The notes: generated by a model not told the origin, from the sequence alone. 64,000 bases of DNA from Candidatus Latescibacterota bacterium (GCA_965215195.1 CBDCDC010000002.1:3872001-3936000); one strand, 5' to 3'; shown: positions 29,674 to 39,915, counted from the first letter of the stretch. Translations and numbers: made by a program.

Positions 29674-32465
29674 TGCGATGCGGTTCAACACAGGGGTGGG
29701 CGGTGGTTTGCCTGCTGGCCGGGCTGCTGCCGGCCGGTGCCCAACCCGACTACGGCAACCGCTTGGGAATCAACGAAGCGGACCGGGTTTCCTATTACGC
29801 CTCCGGCCCACTCGTGCAGCAGGCCGCGCTCGTCCCGGCGTTGAAGCGCTGGTACATGCCGCAGGAAATCGCCCCGGAATACCGCTGGCAGTGGGAGTAC
29901 ACCAACTACGCGCGGGATCCCTACCGGCGCTATTTTTCTCCCGCGCAGGAAGGCGACTATTTCTACGACCTGTACGGGCGCTATCTGACCAAGGGTTGGC
30001 TGGTGTACGACTGGCGGCAGCGGCAGCCGACCAGCTCCGGGGGATCGGGCCTGCTCAAACCGGACGGGCGCTACAACTCGTGGTTCAGCAACCTGCTCAT
30101 CGCCACCGATGCCAAGGGCCAGCACTATTTGGGGGTGACCATTGGCGACCTGATCAACACCACGCTGACGCCGATGACGTTCCGCAAAACCCGCTTCAAC
30201 GGGGTGCAGTTCGACTATGCGGCCGACCGCTTGGCCGCTACCGCGCTGATGTCGCGGATCAGTCTGCCGGTAGATCAGATCGCCCCGGGCGTACGCGTCC
30301 CCGTGGTCACCGAGAACTTTACCAACCTGCTCGGCTTGAGGGGCGAATGGCAGGTGCGCGACGCCGTGCGCTTGGGCGCGACCTTTGTCAACGCCCACAA
30401 CGGCCGAGCGCAAGCCGACCGCGGCGGCAACCCCTTCAAGGGCAAGCTGACCAATGGCCAACTGGAAAACCGCATCAATTGGATCATCGTCCGCATAACG
30501 GACGACTCGCCCGCAGACGGGGTGGGCGGGCCTACGGTTTTCGACCGGGATGTCGAAGTGCATACCCGAATCGGCGGCCGCGACACTGTGCTGGTGGGCA
30601 GCCAGATCGGCTTTCAGCCGCAGATAGAAGGTGGGACCACGCGCAATGGCTTCCCCCTTGCCGAAGGGGCCGGCAGCGAGGGCGCGATCACCTATCGGTA
30701 CAATTTCTCGGCTGAGGACCCGGCCGTGGTGGCCTTAGAAGACCTCATCGACGATGCCGATTTGGTCAACAACATTACCGCCGTGAAATTTCGCTTTCTA
30801 CTCAACAACGATTACCGGGTCGATGTCACTTCAGATGCCCAGACCGACAACGAACCTTTGGGGGCCCAATCCAAGTTTTTGAACGTGGTGCGGGCCGCGG
30901 GCAATGTCCAAGACAACTCCAATCAGCAGTGGGTCGTCTTCGACTACGGCCTGCCGACCGCGACCCAAGTCTTCGGCTTCAGCTTTGAGGTCAGCGATTG
31001 GGCGGGCTTTCGGCTGTACGCCGAGTACAACGTCAACCACCAGTTCCGGCAGTACCCCAATATCGCCCGCAAGACGCACCCCAGCGCGTCCGGCGTGTTG
31101 GGGAATGAGTCGGCCACGGGCTGGATGGTCAACGTCGCCAAAGAGCACTACCCCTTCTTCCTGTTCGGCGAGGCGTTTGGCATGGACGCCGAGTACAACA
31201 CCACGTCGTTCCTCGTGGATCAGGGCGGGCGCATCAATTACGGCGACGACGAAGAGGCGCGCTCGGAGTTTATCTACGACTTGGTCGACGACAACGACGA
31301 CAACGACATCCGCCTCGACCAGCGGCGCGACAAGGAGGGGCTGGCCGACGGAGCGGTGTTCCCCGGCCTCGACGAAAACAACGATTTCATTTCCGATTTC
31401 AACCAGAACAACACCTCAGTGCGCCCCAATTTCATGCCCGACTACGAGGAGCAGTTTTTGCGCCACTACGTCGATCGGCCGGAATTTGTCTTTGCCCTCG
31501 ACTTGAACAACAATGGTTGGGGCGAGCGCTTTGAGAACGACGACGAGCCGGACTATCCCTACAAGCGCGACCGGCGCGGGTACAACGCCTACTTGGGGGC
31601 ATGGCTGACGCCGGAGCTGAAGTGGATGGCCGGGCAAGAGCAAGTGCAACGCTTATCGACCGGCGAAAAGAACCTGACCCGCTACGCCCTGCTGGCCTAC
31701 GAGCGCAATTTTCCGCGGGCCGGCAATGCGGCGTTCTACAACATGTTCAAGCTGGTGCAGGACGATATCGCCGACGACGTGGTCCAGTGGGTGACGGCGC
31801 GGCCCGAACTGGGCCGACCCCTCGACTCGTCTGGTTCGATGCAGCCGATCGCGGATCCGCTGGCCATGCGCGACGCCCTCGTCAATCGGCTGTGGGCTGG
31901 TTTCAGTGGCAAGACCTACAAGGGCATCAACACCGAGGGCAAGTTCATCCACGAGTTCATTCGGCAGCGCGACGCAAACGGCCGCAACACGCGGCGGCTG
32001 GGGCTGATCAACCGCCTAGACTACCAATTCTCGCTGGGCCGCATGGCAGTGCAACCGCGCTTCAAGCACGAACTCTTCATGGACGACACGCCCTACAACA
32101 TCGGCCGCCTGACCGGCCCCGCCACGGCCGAGCGCGAGGACTGGAGCGGGATCTTCTCGCTCTTGTTGCGGCGTCCCTTTTTGAACCACGTGTTGCTGCA
32201 GTTGGGCGTTGAGCATCTCATCTTCCGCGATTTTACCCAAGACGAAACGGCTGCCGCTGGCTTGCGCGTCGGCCATGCGACCGGGGATTTCGCCGAGACT
32301 TCGCTCGCCGTGCAACTTTCCATTGACACGCCGTACCTCGGCTATACCCTGCAAACCCTGCTGGGGATCAGGGTGAGCAGACGCCATTTGGAGCGCTTTG
32401 AACAGCCCAGCGCTCGAGAGACGGGGGCCCTCTCCTTTGTGACGGTATATGGCAGCGTCCGCTAG
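29670..32465 (+). CDS. Large exported protein, probable outer-membrane beta-barrel with a D/N-rich insert (paralogue B)
   Basis: Collinear with paralogue A (ALKRWYMPQE, QWEYTNY, LTPMTF, DDSPADG, VFDYGLP, YPFFLFGEAF, DLNNNGW). ATGA overlap at 29670; ends SFVTVYGSVR. Confidence 0.7.
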   Translation: MMRCGSTQGWAVVCLLAGLLPAGAQPDYGNRLGINEADRVSYYASGPLVQQAALVPALKRWYMPQEIAPEYRWQWEYTNYARDPYRRYFSPAQEGDYFYDLYGRYLTKGWLVYDWRQRQPTSSGGSGLLKPDGRYNSWFSNLLIATDAKGQHYLGVTIGDLINTTLTPMTFRKTRFNGVQFDYAADRLAATALMSRISLPVDQIAPGVRVPVVTENFTNLLGLRGEWQVRDAVRLGATFVNAHNGRAQADRGGNPFKGKLTNGQLENRINWIIVRITDDSPADGVGGPTVFDRDVEVHTRIGGRDTVLVGSQIGFQPQIEGGTTRNGFPLAEGAGSEGAITYRYNFSAEDPAVVALEDLIDDADLVNNITAVKFRFLLNNDYRVDVTSDAQTDNEPLGAQSKFLNVVRAAGNVQDNSNQQWVVFDYGLPTATQVFGFSFEVSDWAGFRLYAEYNVNHQFRQYPNIARKTHPSASGVLGNESATGWMVNVAKEHYPFFLFGEAFGMDAEYNTTSFLVDQGGRINYGDDEEARSEFIYDLVDDNDDNDIRLDQRRDKEGLADGAVFPGLDENNDFISDFNQNNTSVRPNFMPDYEEQFLRHYVDRPEFVFALDLNNNGWGERFENDDEPDYPYKRDRRGYNAYLGAWLTPELKWMAGQEQVQRLSTGEKNLTRYALLAYERNFPRAGNAAFYNMFKLVQDDIADDVVQWVTARPELGRPLDSSGSMQPIADPLAMRDALVNRLWAGFSGKTYKGINTEGKFIHEFIRQRDANGRNTRRLGLINRLDYQFSLGRMAVQPRFKHELFMDDTPYNIGRLTGPATAEREDWSGIFSLLLRRPFLNHVLLQLGVEHLIFRDFTQDETAAAGLRVGHATGDFAETSLAVQLSIDTPYLGYTLQTLLGIRVSRRHLERFEQPSARETGALSFVTVYGSVR

Positions 32466-32534
32466 GGGCCGGTCGCACCTCGCTGTAATTAGACAACTAA
32501 TCACCACTACACCGGCTTAGTAAGGCACAATAAA

Positions 32535-34232
32535 ATGAACCTGCTATGGTCCTTGTATGCCGGCCTAGTCCTCGCCGCTTGTGCAAAGGATGCCGAGGAA
32601 CTGGAAGATCCCGTGCTGGCCGCAGTGGGGGATCGCCGGATAACGGCCTCTCAACTGATCGACTTTGAACAGCGCCTGCCGGCGCAGCTAAAAACGCAGA
32701 AATCCGGCTTGGACGGCTACCGCGACTACCTACAGACGATCATCGACAAGGAGATTTTCCTCCAAGAAGCGCTCAAAAGGGGGCTTGACGAGGTGCCGGA
32801 GGTGGCGCAGAAGCTGCGCAAGGAAAAGGCCGAACGGGTGTTGCGGCTGTTGTTCGAGCGCGAATTCCTCGCCAAAGTCCGCGTCGATGAGCAGGAATTG
32901 CGGGCGGCCTACGAGGCCGCGGACAAGGAGCGCGAGGTCAAGCTGCGCCTGATTATCGTTGCCACGCAGGCCGTCGCCGAGGATATCCGGCAAAGCCTTG
33001 CCGACGGGGAGGATTTCACCGCCCTGGCGCTCAGCCGCTCGCTGCACCAATCAACGGCACCGCAGGGTGGGGAATTGGACGGCTACCTGACCGCCAAGCG
33101 CATTCCGATCTACCTGCAAGAATACATAAACGCGCTGGCAGTCGGCGAGTACTCCGAGCCGATTCGCCTGCCCAACGGCCAGTTCGGGATCTACCAAGTC
33201 ATGCACGCCCGGCCCGTGAGTTTTGCCACCGCGAGCAACGCGCTGGAGGCCGAGCTGCGCGAGGAAAAGACGACCGCACTGATAGAGGCATTCTCGGCGC
33301 AACTGCGGGCCGACCTCGACTTGCAGGCCAACAGCGAGACTTTGCAGCAGTTACAGCAATGGGTCGCGGCCGGGCGCAGAGAGTATAACGCCGCAGAACG
33401 CGCCGGGGTACTTTTTCACTTTCGCGGCGGCCGTGTCTCGGTAGGCGATTTCTGGGATTACGCGGACGAGTTGGACATGGGGTTTTCGGGCGACATTGCC
33501 GAGTCCGTGCGCTGGTTTGCCGCAGACGTGCTGCTGCCCCGCACCTTGTTCCTGCACGTGGCCTATGAAAGGGGGATTGACCGCGAAGAGCAGATTGTGC
33601 GCTGGTATCAGCGCCGCAAAGACGCCCTGTTGCTGTTGGCGCTTAGGCAGACGGCGGTCAAGGACCAAATCCATATCGCGCCGGAAGCCGTCAGGAAACT
33701 ATACGACGAGCGGCCCGAGTTGTTCACCGCACCGGAGGAAGTCACACTGCAGGAGATCATGGTGCAAACTCGGGAAGAGGCCGTGGCGATCAGAGAGCGG
33801 ATTGAGGCCGGTGAGGATATGGGAGCACTGGCCAACGAATACACCTTGCGCGCGGCGGGCAAAGGCGCACAAGGCACATTCCACATCCACGCTTTTGAAC
33901 AATCCTTCTACCGAGAATTGATCGACGCGGTACACAGCGCCGAGATCGGCCGGTTGTACGGCCCGGTCGCGGTGACGGCGCAGCCCGCCCAAGTGGTCGG
34001 CCCGGAGGCCATGCCGCGGGGCGGCGAGTACTATTCGGTGTTCAAGGTGTTGGAGTCGAATTTCGGCAGTGTCCCCGAGCCTTTTGCCACCGCGGCGAAG
34101 CGGGCGCGGGCGCTGTTGAAGCGCGCCGAGGAGGGCCGCTTGGCGGATGCGTTTTTGATGGGATTGCGGCGGGAGTACGAAGCGAGGGTCGTCGTGTATG
34201 AGGACCGTCTGAAGACGCTGTTGCCGCAGTAG
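32535..34232 (+). CDS. PpiC/SurA-like peptidyl-prolyl isomerase lipoprotein with two rotamase domains
   Basis: Lipobox LVLAAC, VLAAVGDRRIT, GEDFTALALSRS..TAPQGGEL, and PEEVTLQEI...GEDMGALANEY. Confidence 0.85.
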   Translation: MNLLWSLYAGLVLAACAKDAEELEDPVLAAVGDRRITASQLIDFEQRLPAQLKTQKSGLDGYRDYLQTIIDKEIFLQEALKRGLDEVPEVAQKLRKEKAERVLRLLFEREFLAKVRVDEQELRAAYEAADKEREVKLRLIIVATQAVAEDIRQSLADGEDFTALALSRSLHQSTAPQGGELDGYLTAKRIPIYLQEYINALAVGEYSEPIRLPNGQFGIYQVMHARPVSFATASNALEAELREEKTTALIEAFSAQLRADLDLQANSETLQQLQQWVAAGRREYNAAERAGVLFHFRGGRVSVGDFWDYADELDMGFSGDIAESVRWFAADVLLPRTLFLHVAYERGIDREEQIVRWYQRRKDALLLLALRQTAVKDQIHIAPEAVRKLYDERPELFTAPEEVTLQEIMVQTREEAVAIRERIEAGEDMGALANEYTLRAAGKGAQGTFHIHAFEQSFYRELIDAVHSAEIGRLYGPVAVTAQPAQVVGPEAMPRGGEYYSVFKVLESNFGSVPEPFATAAKRARALLKRAEEGRLADAFLMGLRREYEARVVVYEDRLKTLLPQ

Positions 34233-34391
34233 GCAGAGCGAGTCATTGCCATTAGCCTTTGTGTGGGTTAGCTTCTAGCCTTCATTTATTGAATGTCTTT
34301 GCACTAGATTTCTGCTCTAATCATCTTTCGGCAAATCATTGGCGATCTGTGCTTAGAAGAAGACTTACAGATAAAACAAAATGGAGAAAGA

Positions 34392-36647
34392 ATGACACAA
34401 CAATCGGACATTATCCAAGAGACACTCAAAGATAGCAATTATCATCTCGGCTTGTTCAAAGAAGATGAAATTGCAACTCTGTGCCAAAAGGTCTTTATCA
34501 AAATGACCAGCACAGGCAAGAAAATTCCCTATGTGAAGTGTATTGTGCGGGGCAAGGATATTCAACTCAAGCCGGAAGAAATCGTCCGCCAACTCTACGC
34601 AAAGAGACTTATCGATCAGTATCGCTATACCAAAAATCGGTTGGGTTTTGAATACCCGGTTAGCTTTGGGCGCGAAAAGAAAAAGGCCGATATTGTCATT
34701 TTTGATAAAGACCGGCCTGATACAGCCTATATCATCGTTGAAGTAAAAAAGCCCAAACTCAAAGATGGAAAAAGCCAGCTTCGATCCTATTGCAACGCCA
34801 CAGGTGCGCCGATTGGCGTCTGGACGAATGGAGAGCAAATTTCCCATTACCACCGCAAAGACCCCAATTACTTTGAAGACATCACCGATGTTCCAAATAG
34901 CGAGCAAAGACTTGAGGACATTCTCAGTGAACGCTTTACACTCAAAGACTTAATCACCAAGGATAAGATCGCCAATGAGCGAAAATCTCTCAAAGATATT
35001 ATCCTCGAAATGGAAGATGAAGTCTTGGCAAATGCCGGAGTAGATGTATTCGAGGAGCTTTTCAAGCTCATATTTACCAAGCTCTACGACGAGTTCCTTA
35101 GCCAAGACGATAAGGAATTCATCAATCGTTCTATCCGTCGTGCTATATCAACTGTTGTTAGTGAGCCAAAACAACAAGGCCGCCTTGATGGACAGAATTA
35201 CGATGTCCTCAAGGCAGAAGTCGAAAAAATCCCAGACTACTACTTTAGGGTAATGGAGTTCAGAAACACCGGACAGACTGATACGGAGCTCAAGGACAAA
35301 ATACAAAGCCTGTTCGATAAGGCAAAAAAGAAGTGGCCAGGTGTTTTTCCAGAAGGCTCTACATTTGATCTTTCAGACAGCCACTTATCCGTCTGCGTGT
35401 CCAGTTTGCAGGATGTCAAATTGTTCAACTCCAATTTACTGGTCGTGGATGAAGCATTTGAATATCTGGTCAACAAATCTGCTAAAGGCGAAAAAGGACA
35501 ATACTTTACGCCTCGTCATATCATTGATATGTGCGTACAAATGCTCAATCCACAACCCGGCGAATACATGATTGACACCGCCTCCGGCAGTTGCGGTTTC
35601 CCGGTGCATACTATCTTCAAGCTCACTGGACACCTGTTTGGCAATTCGGATATAACAGATAAAGAAAAAGAGAATGTGCTGAAAGTATTTGGCATAGACT
35701 TTGACGAAAAAACAGTCCGTGTTGCTCGCACTCTGAATCTGATTGCAGGAGATGGCGAAACCAATGTTTTGCACTTGAATACTCTAGACTTTGAACGCTG
35801 GCGAGATAAGACCAGAGATACAAATTGGATCATAACCTATGGCAAAGGTTTTGAACGACTGGAAAAACTGCGAACTAAAAAAGACCAAAACAAGCGGTTT
35901 AACTTCGACATCTTGATGGCAAACCCGCCCTTTGCAGGAGACATCAAGGAAGGTCGCCTTTTGCATCAATACGAACTCAGTTTTAAGGCAAACGGCAAGG
36001 CGCAAAGCAAAGTCGGGCGCGATATACTGTTTATCGAGCGCAATCTGGACTTTCTCAAACCCGGTGGACGTATGGCGATTGTGCTGCCACAGGGCAGATT
36101 CAACAACACATCTAATAAATACATCCGAGAGTTTATCGCAGATCATGCTCGCATCTTGGCTGTAGTTGGGCTACATGGCAATACTTTTAAGCCGCATACG
36201 GGCACCAAGACCAGTGTGTTGTTTCTGCAAAAGTGGAATAATGACCCGGCAAAAGGGCCGCTTTGTCCCAGAGTAGATGACTATCCCATCTTTTTTGCTG
36301 TGAGTGAGAAGGGGGGAAAGGACAACTCCGGCGATTATATCTATCTCGAAGATAGAAATGGACAGGATAAGTTGGACAGAAACGGCCATCTAATTGTTGA
36401 CCACGATTTGCACAATCACGATGGAGAGTTGCCCGATGGAATAGCAGAGGCGTTTATTGCGTGGGCTAAAAGTGAAAAGCTGAGCTTCTGGAGAGTTGAA
36501 GAAGATAGGCTTGACAACAAGAGGCGTAAGGCATGGCAGAACATTATCAACAGTAATCGCAATCGGCGGCTTTATGTTGATCCCAATATCGACATTTCCC
36601 GCTTGGCCGACGAAATGAACGATGTGGAAATGGAGTTTGATGGGTGA
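34392..36647 (+). CDS. Fused restriction endonuclease-N6 adenine methyltransferase (type IIB/IIG-like RM subunit) with an extra C-terminal tail
   Basis: N-terminal PEEIVRQ..ADIVI..IIVEVKK nuclease motif, GQYFTPR, DTASGSCGF (motif I) and NPPF (motif IV). AT-rich compared with the flanks. Confidence 0.92.
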   Translation: MTQQSDIIQETLKDSNYHLGLFKEDEIATLCQKVFIKMTSTGKKIPYVKCIVRGKDIQLKPEEIVRQLYAKRLIDQYRYTKNRLGFEYPVSFGREKKKADIVIFDKDRPDTAYIIVEVKKPKLKDGKSQLRSYCNATGAPIGVWTNGEQISHYHRKDPNYFEDITDVPNSEQRLEDILSERFTLKDLITKDKIANERKSLKDIILEMEDEVLANAGVDVFEELFKLIFTKLYDEFLSQDDKEFINRSIRRAISTVVSEPKQQGRLDGQNYDVLKAEVEKIPDYYFRVMEFRNTGQTDTELKDKIQSLFDKAKKKWPGVFPEGSTFDLSDSHLSVCVSSLQDVKLFNSNLLVVDEAFEYLVNKSAKGEKGQYFTPRHIIDMCVQMLNPQPGEYMIDTASGSCGFPVHTIFKLTGHLFGNSDITDKEKENVLKVFGIDFDEKTVRVARTLNLIAGDGETNVLHLNTLDFERWRDKTRDTNWIITYGKGFERLEKLRTKKDQNKRFNFDILMANPPFAGDIKEGRLLHQYELSFKANGKAQSKVGRDILFIERNLDFLKPGGRMAIVLPQGRFNNTSNKYIREFIADHARILAVVGLHGNTFKPHTGTKTSVLFLQKWNNDPAKGPLCPRVDDYPIFFAVSEKGGKDNSGDYIYLEDRNGQDKLDRNGHLIVDHDLHNHDGELPDGIAEAFIAWAKSEKLSFWRVEEDRLDNKRRKAWQNIINSNRNRRLYVDPNIDISRLADEMNDVEMEFDG

Positions 36648-37048
36648 TTTACATCGATACAGATGTCTTGGTCAATGCCTATGTTGTTCAGGATATTGCT
36701 AAAAATCGACAAGCTAATCAGCTCATTAAGCAAGCAAATGACAACGATGTTGCGATCATCTCAACGCTTAGTGTTCAGGAATTGTTATTTGTGCTTGCAA
36801 AGCTGGACATTCAAGATGAAATTATCCACAGCGTTTATAACGAAGTCATGCAACTAGAGCCTCTTGCCTATGACATAGAAACTCTACGAAGGGCGTTTGA
36901 TATAGCAAATCGCATCGGATTCAGAAACATCAATGACTGTATTCATACGGCGATTGCTGAACAGCATTGCACGGAACTGATTACCTACAACAAGACAGAC
37001 TTCAGCAAAATCAAAGAAATTACAACGGTTAACTTGATGATACTGTGA
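36644..37048 (+). CDS. PIN-domain (VapC-like) ribonuclease toxin
   Basis: IYIDTDVL, STLSVQEL, INDCIHTAIA and LITYNKTDF give the PIN acidic residues. GTGA overlap with the upstream gene. Confidence 0.88.
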   Translation: MIYIDTDVLVNAYVVQDIAKNRQANQLIKQANDNDVAIISTLSVQELLFVLAKLDIQDEIIHSVYNEVMQLEPLAYDIETLRRAFDIANRIGFRNINDCIHTAIAEQHCTELITYNKTDFSKIKEITTVNLMIL

Positions 37049-37070
37049 CGAAGTAAATGAGGAGCTAAAG

Positions 37071-38495
37071 ATGCAGTATTCGATTGTCAAATTGAGTGAA
37101 ATAGAATCTATATCTTCACGACTTGATGCGGAGTACTATAGTTCAATTTTTCTTAAAACAGAAAAACAATTAAAATGTGGTAGTTGGGATTATTTAGAAA
37201 ATTTGGTGGAGTCCATAAAGAGTTTTGGATCATACTCCCTTTGTAATCAAATTGAATACACCGAGATTGGCATCCCATTCCTTAGAGCAAAGGATATAAA
37301 AGCGGGACTTATTGATTTTTCAGACGTACTGTATATCAGCGATGAAAAGAATGAGCTTTTATGGAAGTCAGAAATTAAACCAGAGACTGTCCTACTTACT
37401 ATGTCAGGCACTATTGGCAACTCATCAATAGCAACAAAAGAAATAAACTATCCAATAAATTCAAGTCAAGATATTGCAAAAATAATAACTAATCAGAGAC
37501 TCAACCCCTATTATCTTTCAATTTTTCTTCAGTCAATTTATGGAAAAAGGCAAATGTCTAGGATACCGATAGGAAGCGTACAGCAATACATATTTTTATG
37601 GCAGCTTGAAAAATTACTTATTCCTGTGTTTGGAAACGAAATTCAATCAAGTATAGAGAATGCTTTCAAATTGATGTTATCAACTAATAAAAAAGCTAAC
37701 AATGTCTACAACCAAGCCCAAACCCTTCTTCTATCCGAACTCGGCCTTGCCGACTGGCAACCCAAACACCGCCGAACCTTTGTCAAAAACTATTCCGATA
37801 CTCAACGAGCCGAACGCATTGACGCCGAGTATTTTCAGCCGAAATACGAAGAAATCGTCTATGCCATCAAAAGTTACGCGGGTAGATGGGAGACGCTGGG
37901 AAATCTGGTGACAATAAAAAAATGCGTAGAGGTGGGAAGCAAAGAGTACCTCACTGAGGGCATACCCTTCGTACGAGTGAGCAATCTAAGCCCATTTGAA
38001 ATCACAGAAGAAAAATACATTTCCGAAGCGTTGTATGCGGATCTCGTTAAACATCAACCCGAACAAGGCGAGATACTATTCAGCAAAGACGCAACACCCG
38101 GCATAGCCCATTATTTGCGGCAACAACCCCCAAAAATGATTCCTTCTGGTGGCATACTCCGATTAAAAAGCAAAACAGATAAAATCGCTAATGAGTACCT
38201 GACGCTGGTGCTTAACTCACTACTAACAAAAGAACAAGTCAATCGCGATGTCGGCGGCTCAGTGATTCTACATTGGCGATCAGATCAAGTGCAGGGAACA
38301 GTTATTCCCATTCTGCCCATAAAAAAACAAACTCAAATACAGCAAAAAGTTGCTGAATCTTTCAACTTGCGAAATCAGTCTAAGCACCTGCTGGAATGCG
38401 CCAAGCGAGCAGTGGAAATAGCAATTGAGCAGGGCGAACAAACAGCGATTGATTGGTTGGAAAAAGGAATCCAACCAAGACGAACATCATTTTGA
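37071..38495 (+). CDS. Restriction-modification specificity (S) subunit with two TRDs
   Basis: Repeated RLDAEYY/RIDAEYF, GIPFLRAKDI/GIPFVRVSNL, and ending SKHLLECAKRAVEIAIE. Confidence 0.88.
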   Translation: MQYSIVKLSEIESISSRLDAEYYSSIFLKTEKQLKCGSWDYLENLVESIKSFGSYSLCNQIEYTEIGIPFLRAKDIKAGLIDFSDVLYISDEKNELLWKSEIKPETVLLTMSGTIGNSSIATKEINYPINSSQDIAKIITNQRLNPYYLSIFLQSIYGKRQMSRIPIGSVQQYIFLWQLEKLLIPVFGNEIQSSIENAFKLMLSTNKKANNVYNQAQTLLLSELGLADWQPKHRRTFVKNYSDTQRAERIDAEYFQPKYEEIVYAIKSYAGRWETLGNLVTIKKCVEVGSKEYLTEGIPFVRVSNLSPFEITEEKYISEALYADLVKHQPEQGEILFSKDATPGIAHYLRQQPPKMIPSGGILRLKSKTDKIANEYLTLVLNSLLTKEQVNRDVGGSVILHWRSDQVQGTVIPILPIKKQTQIQQKVAESFNLRNQSKHLLECAKRAVEIAIEQGEQTAIDWLEKGIQPRRTSF

Positions 38496-38697
38496 AAGAG
38501 TGACTGGCGACACTTATGCGATTGTCATACACACAGGCAGAGGGTTAATCGCCAGTTATGCTGTTAGAACTCGGGTTGAAAAACTGCGAGATATTTGGCT
38601 GCATTGAGCAAAAAGTATCCCTGTCCAATCCAGCGCACTAGGCTTGAGAAGGATACAAACGGCAGTTCATTCGCTTCGTTTCTGAGGAGGACCAGTC

Positions 38698-39852
38698 GTG
38701 AAAATCACCAATGTTGAAGTCATTCACTTTCGCACCCAGCACCGCGGCCGCAGTGCTGGCTCGCGCTGGGGCTACGGCGTGTGGATTGACGACGAGGAAG
38801 TGGAAAGCACCGCTGCGATTACCCGAATTTCCACGGACGAAGGCGTCACCGGGCACATGCTGGGCGGCAACAAGGCGACCATGGAAGGTGCCGTCAAAAA
38901 TCTCTTGGTCGGCGAGGATCCCCTCAACCGCGAGAAACTATGGCACTGGATGGACCAGATGTCCACGTTTGGCCACAGCCTCGCCGAACACGAACTCGGC
39001 ATTGTCGATTGTGCGTTGTGGGATCTGGCCGGGCAAAAAGCCGGCATGCCCGTGTACCAACTTTTGGGCGGCACCCGCGACAGGGTCGAAGCATACGCCA
39101 GCACGTACCCGAACTTGGGCGGCCCCGAGGTATATGTAGATCTGGCGCACGAGTGCGTAGCACGCGGTTACAAAGCCTTCAAAGTACACGCCAACATTTG
39201 CTGGAATCCGCACACGCGGGAGCCAGCGCCGCAACTGCCGGGATTTCCCAAAGAGGATGTAGAGATCTGTCGCGCCGTGCGCGAGACCGTGGGCGACGAC
39301 ATCGCGCTGATGCTCGATCCGTTCGGGGTCTATACTCTGGAGGAATCGCTGTGGGTCGCGCGGGAATTGGAAGAATTGAATTACTATTGGTTGGAACACC
39401 CAATGGTGGAGACGCGGGTAGAGGCCTACCGCCGCTTGACGCAGCAAACCACCATTGCCATTTGTTCCCCGGAACACGTCAAGGGCGGCCCCTTTGCGCG
39501 GGCCGAGTGGCTGTTGCAGGGGGCCTGCGACATGCTGCGCATTGACGTGAATTACGGCGGCATCACGGGCTGCTGGAAGCTGATCAATTTGTGCCAGCTC
39601 TACGGCGTACAATGCGAACTGCACGGGGTTGGGGCCCCGCACGTGCATTTGGCCGCGGCCGCCCCCGAAGCCACCTGCCGCTATTACGAGCGCGGTCTGT
39701 TGCGGCTTGGGCGCGAATACGACGAAAGCCCGCCTCACCTTGGACAGATTGCCGATCCCATGGATGGCGAAGGGTGCGTCCGCGTTTCGCAAGAACCGGG
39801 GCTGGGGATAGCCTACAACTGGGATTATATCAATGCCAACCGCATTGATTGA
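38698..39852 (+). CDS. Mandelate racemase/muconate lactonizing enzyme family (enolase superfamily)
   Basis: VDCALWDLAG...PVYQLLGG, GYKAFKVH, LMLDP, WLEHP, SPE and CELH motifs. Confidence 0.93.
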   Translation: MKITNVEVIHFRTQHRGRSAGSRWGYGVWIDDEEVESTAAITRISTDEGVTGHMLGGNKATMEGAVKNLLVGEDPLNREKLWHWMDQMSTFGHSLAEHELGIVDCALWDLAGQKAGMPVYQLLGGTRDRVEAYASTYPNLGGPEVYVDLAHECVARGYKAFKVHANICWNPHTREPAPQLPGFPKEDVEICRAVRETVGDDIALMLDPFGVYTLEESLWVARELEELNYYWLEHPMVETRVEAYRRLTQQTTIAICSPEHVKGGPFARAEWLLQGACDMLRIDVNYGGITGCWKLINLCQLYGVQCELHGVGAPHVHLAAAAPEATCRYYERGLLRLGREYDESPPHLGQIADPMDGEGCVRVSQEPGLGIAYNWDYINANRID

Positions 39853-39915
39853 GCCGGAGGGCATGGGACGTGCTGGTCCGGTGAACTGCTGGCGTGCGCA
39901 AAGGTAGATGCGCTG

